This document shows, one piece after another, positions 11,023 through 22,500 of a stretch of DNA of 64,000 bases. The stretch comes from Amoebophrya sp. A120 (lineage: Eukaryota > Protista > Dinoflagellata), in contig CAJINV010000001.1 of the NCBI GenBank assembly GCA_905178155.1, positions 8,504,394-8,568,393 on the forward strand. The letters run 5' to 3'. The notes under the pieces are model-generated. The model was given only the letters and a program-made list of their open reading frames with translations, did no database searches and was not told the DNA's origin. The translations under genes were made by a program, and so were the position numbers. Numbering within the stretch: position 1 is the first letter of the stretch; the number at the start of each line of letters is the position of its first letter.

Positions 11023-14000
11023 ATGCGCGAATTCGTCGAGGCCTGCCTGGCGCAGGCCCGCGTGGATGCGGAAGAGATGCGGCCGCGCAACTTGCTCAGA
11101 AAGGGTCGATCCCGGGGCGAACGCATCTACATGCGGGTTGTGGGCCTGTGCGAGACCTCACTTCGCGGGTTTTTGGTGAAACTACCCCTGTTCCTGCTGG
11201 AGAGGATACCGCACGCCGCCTCGCTCTGCTCCATTGGGTATCTGTACGTGTTTGCGCAGTGCACGGGGATGGCGTGGATGCTGCTGCTGCATTTTGCTTC
11301 GGTGTTGACCCAGGCGTTCGCTCGCTGTCTAAAGGACAGCTCGGCGAGCTGTTTGCGACCGCCGGAACACATAGAAGCTTCAACACAAACAGCCGGATCA
11401 GCAGCGAGCTCAATTTTCTCGGCATCAGTGCAGAGTGGTGGAGAAAGGGAAAAGGGGACAACGACTAGCAAGTCCCCAGCAGACATTTCGATCATTGAGC
11501 CATGGAACTTCAACACACCATCAACGGAGACTTTGATCGTCTTCTACCTGTACTATGCCATGGGCCGCATGCTGATCTTCGTGGTCTACGGACTGTACAC
11601 CATTGGCTGGGAGTCCTTTCACGACTTCCCCACCGTGCGGAAGACGTATCCCACAGAAAAAAGCCGGCAGGGCATATTTGTAATGCAAAAATAAAAACAC
11701 AGAAAAACCTGTCATGGGCGGCCTCATAGCGTGCTGTTTAGGATACGCAATACAGATGTTTTTGTGTATTTATTTTTGCATTACAAATGTGAATGTCTAG
11801 AAAAAAAAAATCCAATAGAAATTCTCCCCCGCCCCAATAGAAATTCTCCATATAGAGAATCTCCCGCGTCGAGTCTTTCGGTTCCCGCTTTGTCTTCGAT
11901 TGCGTTTGATCTTCGCCTTCGCCTGGCGCAAAAGCTGTTGACCTTCCTCTGGCGCAAAAGCTGGCCGACTTTTTCAAAGTGCTCTTCTTGTTCCGTGCCC
12001 ATGGACGGGTAAAAAAGTTCCTGTGCATGTTTCGGCCTCGGGGGGTTCAGGTTTTTCGGGAAAGAAAGAATAACTCTGCAACGACCTGGCGGCCGGCGTA
12101 GGGGAAATAAAGAATATTCCCGCACAGTGCGCGCGCGCGGGCTTCTTTTTGAGCGGCCGGACGCTCTTGCTCGCCTATGCGCGGCATCTGGGTGGCGGCG
12201 TGGCGGAAATGAAAAAAATTTCTGCGCACTGCGTGGGCGCGGGCTTTTTCTTGTGAGCAGCCGGAGGCCCCTTATCGCCGGCCCGCGCGCCACATCGGTC
12301 TTGCGGCGTGCCGGTATCGGAAAATAAAAATGCGCGCCGTCGCCCGCGCGCCGCGCTTTGTAGCGATGTGGGATCGAAGTCTAAAAATTTTCGCGCGCTG
12401 CGCGCTTGCGAGTTTGCTTTTCTGAACGGCCGCGCACTCCCGCCGCCCGCGCGCCGCGTATGGTGGCGATTTGGGATCGAATTCAAAAAATTTTCGCGCG
12501 CGGCGCGCGCGCGAGTTTTTTTCTCTGAGCGGCCGCGCACCCCAGTCGCCCCCTTCGCGCGCCGCGCTCGGTGGTCATGCATGCGGAATCGAATTCGAAA
12601 AATTTCCGCGCGCGGCGCGCGCGCGAGTTTCTCTCCCTGAGCGGCCGCGCACCCCCGTCGCCCGCGCTTTGGCGATGCGGAGTCGAATCGAAAAAATTTT
12701 CGCGCGCTGCGCGCGCGTAAGTTTTTTTCCCTGAGCGGCCGGGCACCCCCATCGCCCGCGCGCTGTGTTTGCTTGCTTGGTGGCGGGGCGTGGGATCGAA
12801 TTCCAAAAAAATTTGCGCGCTGCGTGCGCCCGAATTTTTTTCCCCGAGCGGACGCGCACCCCCGTCGCCCGCGCGCCGTGCTTGGTGGCGATGGGTGTCT
12901 GTCGGGTCGAATTCAAAAAATTTTCGCGCGCCGCGCGCGCGCGAGTTTTTTCTCTGAGCGGCCGCGCATCCCGATCCCGGTCGCCTCCCTGCGCGCCGCG
13001 CATGGTGGCGATGGGTGTGCGGTCGAATTCAAAAAAATTGTGCGCGCTGCGCGCGCGCGATTTTTTTTCCCTGGGCGGCCGCGCATCCCCATCGCGTGCG
13101 CGCCGCGCTTGGTGTCGATAGATGTGGAGGCGAATTCAAAAAATTTTCCCGCGCTGCGCGCGCGCGAGTTTTTCTCCTTGGCCGGTCGCGTATGTCCGTC
13201 GCCCGCGCTTCGCGCTTCGTGGCGATAGATGTGGAGGCCAATGCAAAAAATTTTCGCGCGCCGCGCGCGCGAGAGTTTTTTTCCTTGGCAGGTCGCGCAT
13301 TTCCGTCGACCGCGCTTCGCGCCTGGTGGCGATGTGGGATCGAATTAAAAAAATTTTGCGCGTGGCGCGCGCGTTTCTTCTTCTACTGGGCGGCCGCGCA
13401 CTCCTTTGCGCGCGCCACACATGGTGGCGCGTTTGCTGGGATTCAAAAAAAGTTTCGCGCGTTGCTGTCGCGCGCGCGGGTTGTGGGGGGAATGGGTTAA
13501 ATTCTTTCGCGCGGGGTGCGGCTGCGTCGTGGTTGGGTCGGTGGAATGGGATAAATTCTCCTGCGCTGCGCGCCTGGAGTTCGTTTTTTCGAGCAGGCGG
13601 CGCGCGCTCCTTTTCGTGCGCCGCGGCTCTCGGCGTTGGTTGCGGGAATGAAAAAAAAAACTCCTCACGCTCCGCCCGCCTAGGCTTTTTCTTTCGTGCG
13701 CCCTTTTCCCGCGTGCCGCACCTAGATGGCGGCGGACCGGCGTTGTGGGGGCCCAAAAAAGTTTCGCCCTCTTTCGGGCAGGCGCGCGGACGTTCTCGTG
13801 TGTCGTGCCTGGCGCCGCAAAGTGGGCCGATCAAAGATTTTCGAGGAGCGCCGCGCGCGCCTACATTATCGCGCGTCACACCTAGTCGGTGTGGCCGTGC
13901 GTCGCGAAGATAATCTTCCGGGCTGCCGCTAGACGGCCTGGGCTGCGTACCTGTAGCCTTCCTGGGCAGGCTGCCCCTAGCATGATTGGGCTACCTCTGG

Positions 14001-17000
14001 CCTGCCGGGGCTGCCTAGCGAAGCCCGGCTTGCGGGTCTGCCGAGCAACAAAAGCCGATCTTGCTGGGCTGCCAGCCTTACGCACCTAGCAGAGCCTGGC
14101 CTGCTGGGCTGCCTGCCTAGGCTAGTTGCTAGGGCTGTCAGCCTAGCCGAGCACAGCCTGGCGCGCTAGGGCTGCTGGCCTAGCGAGGCACAGCCTGGCT
14201 TTGCTTGGGCTGGCAGCCTAGCAAAGCCTGGGTTGCTGGCTGGCAGCCATCTTAGATAGAGAGTCTCCATCTGAGATAGAGAATCTCTATCTCAGATGGA
14301 GAGTCTCTATTTCGGATGGAGAGTCTCTATTTCGGATGGAGAGTCTCTATTTCGGCTTCGCCACTGGTGGAGAAGCTGCTGAAATATAAGAAAAACACAT
14401 GGGAAAACAGTAAGAAACAGAAAAAGAAAAAAAAGAAAGAAAAAAGAATACAGATACTCTATCTCTCATGGAGAATTTCTATTCTCCTCCGAGAATCTCT
14501 ATTTCAAATAGAGACTCTCGGAGATTTTCTATTTCGAGAGCTGTACAATTGACCTTCCAGCTTTTTTCTGTGGGATAAGACGGTTTCCCTGTCCATGCGC
14601 GAGATCGCGGAGCGGTACACGGTATCAAATGTAAAAATGTCTGGGTCTGGAAGATTGCAAACTTGTCATGCTAAATCTGCAGCATGCAAAAATCTGTGTT
14701 GCATGATTAGCAAAAGTCGCCCGATTTTGACCAAGTCGGGAGGTAGTTTCTCATGCAGGATAGGCATTACAGAGGTCTCGCAGAATCTGTCATGCTAGGT
14801 CCGGCATTCCAGACCTCCTGGGTCATGGAAAAGCAGCATGACAAATCGCGCATTATTCCAGACCCAGACATTTTTACATTTGATACACGGTGCGGGTGAC
14901 GTGCCGGAGCCGCAGCCTGTCGCCGGCCGCGGGACTGGACAGCACGGCGACCTCCCGAACCTTCCCGCCGAACTCGTCCCACGCGAGCAGTGGTAGTCCG
15001 TTGGAAATCGACGAGTACCCGCCAATAGTAGACACGGATCGACCGAGCACCGCCTCCCTGGAGTCACGGTCGACGCGGGCGAATAGTTCCGGCGTCGGAA
15101 GCGATACCCTGGTGTCCTCGCACAAGATTGTGGACGAATTCGACCGGAGTGGGACCACCACGGCCACCGCGATAAGCGCGGTGACGGGAAAGGCCGCGCG
15201 GGTAGTAGAACTGAGCCCGAGAGAGAGCCAACTGCGGTCGGGCAGCAGTGTGACAGAGGAAACAGCGGGGCTCCGCCAGCGCCATCCGCAGAACGTTCGC
15301 AGCCACAACTCGTCCGCCAGTCAGATTGATGGCAGAAGTGCGGGCGATCGCGACAACAGGTCGGATATATTGAAGGATGGGCTGGAGATTGTGGATCATG
15401 GAACTGTCCACATGAAGGGCCCCACTACGCGGAGCCGCAGTATCCAGAGCGAGGTGTCGACCGAAGGTGAGGAGCCTATGACTCCAAATACGGAACAAGG
15501 GGCCAATGGCGCGGGAAACAATGCATTTTTCTCGTCAGAAGACGAGGAGCGAGCGAGGTTACGCCGGGAGAAGAAAAAAACCGGGGGTCGACGCGCGCTG
15601 CTGATACTTCCGCTTGTCTGGCTCTTCGTTTTGTGCGGCTGGCTCGCGGTCAGCAGCTTCTACTTCGACTTCACAGAGGGGTTATCTTCAGCAGATATGA
15701 GGAACAGCAGCAGTAGCACGCTGTCCATGTCGGAGAGTATCATGCGACCCACGGGGCGCCTCCACCGGTGCTTCCTGTTCCTGATGCTACTCTCGCTCGT
15801 CCAGTGGGCGGCGCAGTACCTGTTTCTGTTTCCAAATCTCTTTTCCGCTTTGCTCCTCACGCCGCGCAGCACGGCTTTGTTTGGGTTCTACTTCCTCTTT
15901 TCCATCATTGGCGGGGCGAGGCTAGTGTCCTGGTTCCTGTTTCCGCAGGGGAAGCAAACGAAAATGTTTTTCGGGGTCATCCCACACCACTTGCTGGATG
16001 TGGTGCTCGTGATGGCGTGGATGGGCTGGATGATGTGCACGTTGTTGCACTTGTTCGGTTCGCGGACGGCTTTCAAGCAGACCGGGTTTTTCAAGGAGCG
16101 GTTCAACGACGACCAGCTGTGGCGCAACCACATCGCGATTTTCAAAGTGACCTACATCGTCCCCTTGATTCTCCACTTCTTCCGGGGATCGCTCTTCTCC
16201 TCGCATTTGGGAATTCGGCACGCGATGAACGACTCGCTGATCATCATGGTGATGTACCCGCTGCTGCTGTTGTTGATTTGGACCGCGACGTTTCTGCTCG
16301 TCGCGGCCCTCCGCCGCGGCCGGCGCATCGGCATGCTGCAGCTCGCCACAATGGTGCCGCTCTGGTTCGTCAGTCAGTACGTCTGCTGGCGCTACTTGCA
16401 GCTGGAGTCGAAGTCAGCGATTTGTCTGGTCTGGGCGCATGGTGTGAGGCAGAGCTTACGGTTGTTCTCGCGAAAGACGCCCGCGTGGCTGGCCGCGGTG
16501 ACGAGGGATTTTTTCGCGCAGATAGATGCACTGCTAGGAAGGGAGCCGAATGTGGTTGACAGGAACAATACTAAGAAGCTGTCCGCCGCTGCGTCGCCCA
16601 CCTCCCCTGGCGTTTCGACGTTGTCAAAATCGAACCACGGTACTGCTACCGCGACGCCAATCTCCGCCGTCAAAGATGAGCCGGGGTTCGCTAGTAGCAA
16701 GCGCCGGGCGCGCATGTCCTCGCCGTCTCCGGAGAGTCCGATTTCAAAAATCAGTGTGGGCTTCGCGATGGGCAGCGCGGGAGATCCGCACGGGGAGCGG
16801 GACGAGGAGAACGAGAAAAATCCGATTATGAAGAAACCCAGACAGTCCATGCAGTACGTCATCGACGGGTACGGAAAGATGCTTTTAGTTTTGTCGGTGG
16901 TGTACCTCGGCACCTGTCTGTTCCTCGCTTTCGTCGGCGAGATGCAGCGAATCTACAACATTCTCCCCATGACGATCTCGATGCACACGAGCGCATCGGA

Positions 17001-19199
17001 CATCATCTCGTTTGAAGCGAACCAAAGGGGTGCGGCGGAGAACGGTGAACAGGAAGCCACTAGTTTGGCGGCAGGCGAGAGCGATAAAGTAGACACTAGC
17101 CTTTCTGGCGAACAAACAAGCGTCACACTACTCCCAGACCCGAACTTCGTTTCTGTGAGCCACGTCGTGAGCCACTTGCAGGTGAAACTCGCAGACGCGA
17201 AAAAGCAGAAAAGTTCCAATTGGGTCGGCGGCTTGCTAGCTTCCATCACCGGCGGGGATAAAGAACAAGCAGCGGTTTCTCTTTCCGGTGCATCTTCGAC
17301 AGCTCAAAGTACTGGGAAAAATCATCTCGGGGACCAGCAAGCGCAACCGCCGGACGGGAAGAGACCGGACGAGGATGGCAGCGAGGTAGAGTCAGAAGAC
17401 GTAAATGTCCTCTCTTCCACCTCGGCTGAACCTGGTAACGAATTCCGGAGCCGGAACCCGTTTTGGACGGTACCCAAGTACGCCGCCTGCGGCCAGCTCT
17501 ACCACGGGCTGACGCTGCTGGATTGGGCGCTGGTGGCGGAGAGCGTGTACCTCGAGTCGAAAGAGGAAAGGGAATATTTTCTGGAGAAAGTGGTTTTTCC
17601 GAATTCCTGGTACGAAAAGGACTTGTCGCAGCGGCCCCAGGTGCGCACGCACTCGTTCTCGAAGCACGGCAGTGCCGCATACATGGAGATTTTCTTTCCG
17701 GAGCAGGACATGACCGTGGTCGCGATTAAAGGTAAGTAACTAAAAGGGTCGATGTTGAGATTTCGAGATCTACAAGTAATTGATTTGGGATGCAATTAAG
17801 TTGTAGTTGTACACGGTAGTTAGAGTTACTTATTCGTTCTTCGGTTTTCAACGCAGTGAAGATCATCACCACATCACAGGTACCGACCCGCTGAAGTTGC
17901 TCGATTTCCTCGAGGACCTGCGGATGTGGCGCGATGCGGTGGTGGTCAGTTTGCTCGCAAACCTATTTCCCGCCGTTCGCGCCTGGCCAAAGGCGACGAC
18001 CGAGATGGTGATTCGGTTCCAGCACGAGTTTCTAGAGAATTTAGGCCTGGTCGAATCTCACTGGGCATTCGACGAGTTGCTGCACAAGTACGGCGGCAGT
18101 GAAACGGTACTAGTACAACCTACCGGGATCACAGAATTGCAGAACATCAAGTCGGAAAATGGTGTTTCCACGGCCTCGGCCGCGGCGAGTCCTGCCCCGC
18201 TTGATGCAGATGCTGCAGAGCCACCACCGCAAGAAAAAGAATTATCCGACGAGAATCCTCCTGCACCGAAGCCGTCAAAAACCGTGTTTGTGGGGCACAG
18301 CATGGGCGGAGGTATTGCCAGCATTCTCGGGTTATCAAATGCAAAAATGTCTGGGTCTGGAAGAATGCAAGTTTGTCATGCTTGTCTGGCATGACTCGAG
18401 GTCGAGAATGTGTGTTGCATAGGCACGAAAAAGCCCTCTTACCTGTCATGCAAAAACGCAGTTTGCCATGCGGAATACGTAAGACATGGTAGCCAAAAAA
18501 TTTGTCATGCATAGCTGCGTATTGCAGTGCGTCTACCATTCATTTTTAGCATTACAAGTTTCCTGACCCAGACATTTTTGCATTTGATACAGGTTTCTTA
18601 ACCACGCACCGGTAGTCGCTTTCCAGCCGCCCGGTGTGTACCACTCGATCGCGAAATTTCAGCAGGTAAAGCGGGACATGAAGGCGTATGACTTTGTGCA
18701 CCACGAAACTCTGAACATTCTGGTGGAAGACGACTGGATCAACAACGTGTTTGACGAGCACGGCGGTTTGTTGCAGCAAATCGGGTGCGATTACCCCAAT
18801 CGCAGCATGTACCTGAGCTGTCACCTGCTCGAGTCGGTAATCAACCACTTGTACAAGAGCTGCGGAGAGGACAGAGCGGACGACCTGGTGGAAATGGTCG
18901 AAGAGAAAATAGTTAAACCCGCGGGAGCAGGTAGTGCTGCCGCGTCTACCTCCACCAGCAAAGAGGCCGGCGTGACGAGGACCACAAAGGTAGAACGGCG
19001 CATCAGCAAGAAGCCGAAGCGGTTCGACTATGTGGAGTGGAAGTTTGAGGTGCTGACGCAAAGCACTTGGGACACGATTTCCGAGGAGGTTTCGACCTAT
19101 GTAAGATCGTCCACCTTCTACAGCTACTTTGTCGCGCTGTCCTCGTTCCGCTACACGGCCGCCTGTCTGGCGCTCGTCGCGGTGGTGCGGTTATTGTGA
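11023..19199 (+). CDS. Large multi-transmembrane class-3 lipase; exons ~11023-11646, 14583-14622, 14891-17731, 17880-18330, 18593-19199, with more upstream exons likely near 10.6-10.9 kb
   Basis: Three introners and a GT-AG intron (17732-17879) excise in frame. Lipase_3 motifs VVAIKGT, VGHSMGG and VVAFQPPG follow many hydrophobic segments. The start is uncertain. Confidence 0.8.
11676..11788. repeat. Internal inverted-repeat (MITE-like) module inside the giant introner
   Basis: atttgtaatgcaaaaataaaaacaca ... tgtgtatttatttttgcattacaaat. Confidence 0.8.
12200..13620. repeat. Tandem array of ~100-115 bp GC-rich, self-complementary units (roughly a dozen, degenerate at the edges)
   Basis: Recurring tcgaattcaaaaaattttcgcgcgc..gcgcgcgcgagtttttt..ctgagcggccgcgcaccccc.tcgccc...tggtggcgatg, with units starting near 12478, 12589, 12684, 12796, 12907, 13023, 13130 and 13340. 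Confidence 0.85.
13920..14250. repeat. Degenerate ~35-bp CTAG/GGCTG-rich tandem array
   Basis: Repeated gctagggctg.cagcctagc...cacagcctggc-like units. Confidence 0.7.
14250..14356. repeat. 20-bp tandem repeat
   Basis: gatggagagtctctatttcg occurs three times at 14295-14354, preceded by degenerate copies. Confidence 0.85.
14623..14885. mobile_element. Introner family A, 263 bp, TSD CACGG
   Basis: TIR tatcaaatgtaaaaatgtctgggtctggaa / ttccagacccagacatttttacatttgata. CACGG at 14618-14622 and 14886-14890. Excision joins into ORF 14890. Confidence 0.95.
18333..18589. mobile_element. Introner family A, 257 bp, TSD CGGGT/CAGGT; also removable as GT-AG intron 18331-18592
   Basis: TIR tatcaaatgcaaaaatgtctgggtc / gacccagacatttttgcatttgata. 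Excision gives ASILG|FLNHAPVVAFQPPG. Confidence 0.93.
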
Positions 19200-19566
19200 T
19201 GAAAATTAACACGAGGAGATTTGATTCCGAAACGCAACATGATCCAGATCTGCTGGCTCGCTGCAGGAGCACTAGTCTTAGTCGAATCTTCCTTCTGAGG
19301 AAAGTTGCGCTGCTAGAGTGAAAATCGATGCTGGCGTGTTCCATATTGATTTACCGCACACAGGTTGAAGATTGGTGTTTACAAATATGTAGACGGTCTC
19401 CTCTCTTTCATTTTGCAGTTTCAGTTTGGTCTCTTCGTTGAAAGATCATATTCAGCGATCACTTTGCGAATTTGAAGGTTCAGTACGTAAGCAGTCGACT
19501 TGTTCACCTTACTGTGGAGAAAAAGAGTCGTCGCATCATCTGATGAAATTCTAGGAGCAAAGAAAA

Positions 19567-22500
19567 ATGAATGAAGGCAAAGTCGAGACCAGCGCAGCTG
19601 TCGGAGATGCCGTTTCTGCGGAGCAGGACATGAAGCGGCAGGAGGCACGGAAGCTTGTCACAAAAGCTCTTTTGTTGGGGGGACACTTACCCAATGACGA
19701 GGACGCAACTTCGTATTACCTGGGTTATGCAGGGCGCGGTGCGGAAAGTGCGCTGACGTTTGACGAGTGCGAAGAAGATTTAGCGCAACGAGAAAGATTA
19801 GCAACTCGCGCTCTAGAACTAGACGCGAACTGCATTCCTGCCTACGGAGTATTGGCCGGCGTTGAATACCATCGGGACAACTTGGTACCCGCAATGTTAT
19901 CTGTTAGCGAAGCAATACGGAGATACATCGATGGGCGCGGAACCGCGGATGCAAGAATGAGGGAAGAGCTGAGTCGGATTGGGGATCTAGTGTGGTCGAT
20001 ATACCACGACGCAAGGGACGAGGCGCAGTTGCTCGCAGCATTGGGGTGCCTGAAAGAACGCATTCTTGTCGTCACAGCGGAAGAATCTGCCCGTAATAAA
20101 AATTTGCTCTGTCGTGTTTCCTCATTGCAGCGACTGTTTGCAACTCGATTGTGTATAAGACGACGGGCCGGCTTCGATCGTGACGCACTGTTCGATGCAG
20201 TGGCCTTGCAGGTATGCAGTCTGAGGGAAAGTAGCTTTTATCGCTACGGTGCCAGTAATGCCGCGGAGCTGGAGACGGAGATACGCAATAGGTTAAGACT
20301 CGCCGCAAATGTCCGCGCTTGTGAGGATGAAGTCCGAGAGGATGGCGACGTAGAGCAGGTATGCAGCAGTTCTAGGTCTAGTTTATACGTCACAGATATG
20401 CGGACGTTTCGCGGCTACAACAGTTTTGCGATGGAGGTGTGCCGCTCTGATGTTCGTCTGCTTGGTGTCGGAAGAAACAGGCCAGAAGCGCAAACGATCG
20501 TCGCAACATTCTTCAAACATTATTTTATGAGATGTCCCTGGTTGGCGTTTTTTTTCCTCAGGCAGAAGGACGATCATACCCAAGACGCCCGGGTGGATGA
20601 GAATTACTGGAAATTATCGCTCATGTACGCGACGGGGGTAGACGTATTTAATTTCAAGCTGGACCGTGAGGGTCACGAACTGTGGGAGCAACTTGGTCCG
20701 AAATTGTCCGATGATATAGTGATGGAAGATTCTCCCATCGCCATGAAAGCTCAATACCCGCAGCCTCTGGAATTACGTATGGAAGACATACGCGACATGC
20801 GGTCGCCGTACTCGCAAGCAGCGGTATCCGCATATCTGAAGCAAGGGCCGATGTTTATTCGCTACAGACAATTCCCAGGCAAGCGCGGGCGGATGGTCAT
20901 ACTCTGTACGGCAGATTCCACACTCGTACCAAAGAAGGCTCGAGAAGCTCGTCAAGCCTTAACACAGAAGGAGGACGAGCTTCTTGTATACGTGTTTGAA
21001 CATGCTCATCTGGTAGTACACCATGCGGGTGTGAGTTTAGTGAGAGGCCTCGGCCAGCTGAAGCTATTTGGCGCGGCCGACGCATGCGAAGGCTGGCTAC
21101 TTCTGCGGTATTCCGACATTGAAGACTTGCCGCGTCTTTGGTTTTTTCAACAATACAACCGCATGCGCCAGAAGGAAGGATTGCCCGACCCTCGTGTGTC
21201 GCCGAATAGCGAGGGCGTCGAGCGCATTTCTTGCAGCCCGCTTGCGCGGGAAACAAGCCGGAGTCCGCGACTCAAATCGGACAAAAGCTACCCATGTCCC
21301 GACTGCGGAAGCACTTTTTACGAGAAGGACAAACTGAAGCGCCATCGAAAGAATTGTGAGCAACGAATGGTCGTCTGCACGGAATGCGGCGAGAGTTTTG
21401 CAGCATGTGATCTGGCAAACCACGATAGGGAAGAGTGCGCTTACGGGCTGACATCTTGCAAAGATTGCGGAGCGGAAATGAAAAGAATGCATCTTGAGGA
21501 CCACTTACAAAAAACGTGCACAGAGCGCACCGTTTCCTGTGGGCAGGTAAACAGCGACGGATCCAGAGCATGTAAATGGACCGGTCGGTTTTGCGAGCTA
21601 GCAGGACACAGGCTAGATTGCGCTTTCACGACAGAGCCTTGCAGCTGCTGTTTGCTAGAGGTGCCGCGGTGCGATCTGCAAGCAGCGCGACACAGGTGCC
21701 CCACAGTGGACGCGACAGATACATGCAAAATTTGCAGGGAGACGTTTGGAACGCTGTATGCAGGGTCTTCCTCGACGGAACCGGTGCTGCCAGTGATTCC
21801 ACTGCTGGGCGCGAAGCGGCTTTGTACCTGTCGTGACTGGAATTACTGCGTATCCTGCTTTCGCTCTTCGTTGCGCAATTTTGCCGGCGATACAATGCCG
21901 TGCATGTTTTGCCGCCAGCTCTGCGATGAGGCGACTCTGGTCCCGCTGCATTTAGTGTCCGGCTTGGCGGTGAAATCTTCACTGAGCACGCAAATGAGTT
22001 TGCGTGGTAGTGGACCGGCGTTCGCGGAGCTGAACTCGCAGGCAATGTTACTTCCGCGCCGTGGTGCTACGATCGGGTCAGTCCACTGGGTCTCTCCGCT
22101 TCACGTTCGATTCACTCACGACAGTATCAAACTATGTTTCGGTGAGTATATGGACAAGCGAACAGGCTTGCAACACACGGACCAGAGCATCCTGGATTCG
22201 CTGGAGCAACAGCTGAGATCTGTCGCAGAAGACGGACCGGCCGGACTCGACTGCCTTGACGTCTGCTGGGCGCGTCCGCTACATGGTGAAAAATTGGAAG
22301 CGGACGCGCTTTTCCTCGCCGGAACGGGCAATCGCAGACTCTGCATGTGGCGGATGCTGGCGATCATGCGTCCAGAGAACTTCGCGCTCATAAAGGTTCG
22401 CATAGTCAGCAAGGACAGCACCAAGGTGAGGTTTCCTGAGAAGTGCACAACATCTTGCGCAGGGAGGTGGGTAGAGATTCGGACAAAAGGCCGGGTGCGT

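Larger units (their letters stand above)
11647..14577. mobile_element. Giant introner (family B-type ends), 2931 bp, TSD AGACG, non-coding repeat-filled interior
   Basis: 18-bp perfect TIR tatcccacagaaaaaagc / gcttttttctgtgggata. AGACG at 11642-11646 and 14578-14582. Excision gives PTVRKT|VSLSMREIAERYT. Confidence 0.9.

Noticed and set aside
11781-14089. Many overlapping Arg/Ala-rich ORFs as genes or a transposase
   Set aside because: They are translations of the GC-rich tandem array in all frames, with no catalytic motif.
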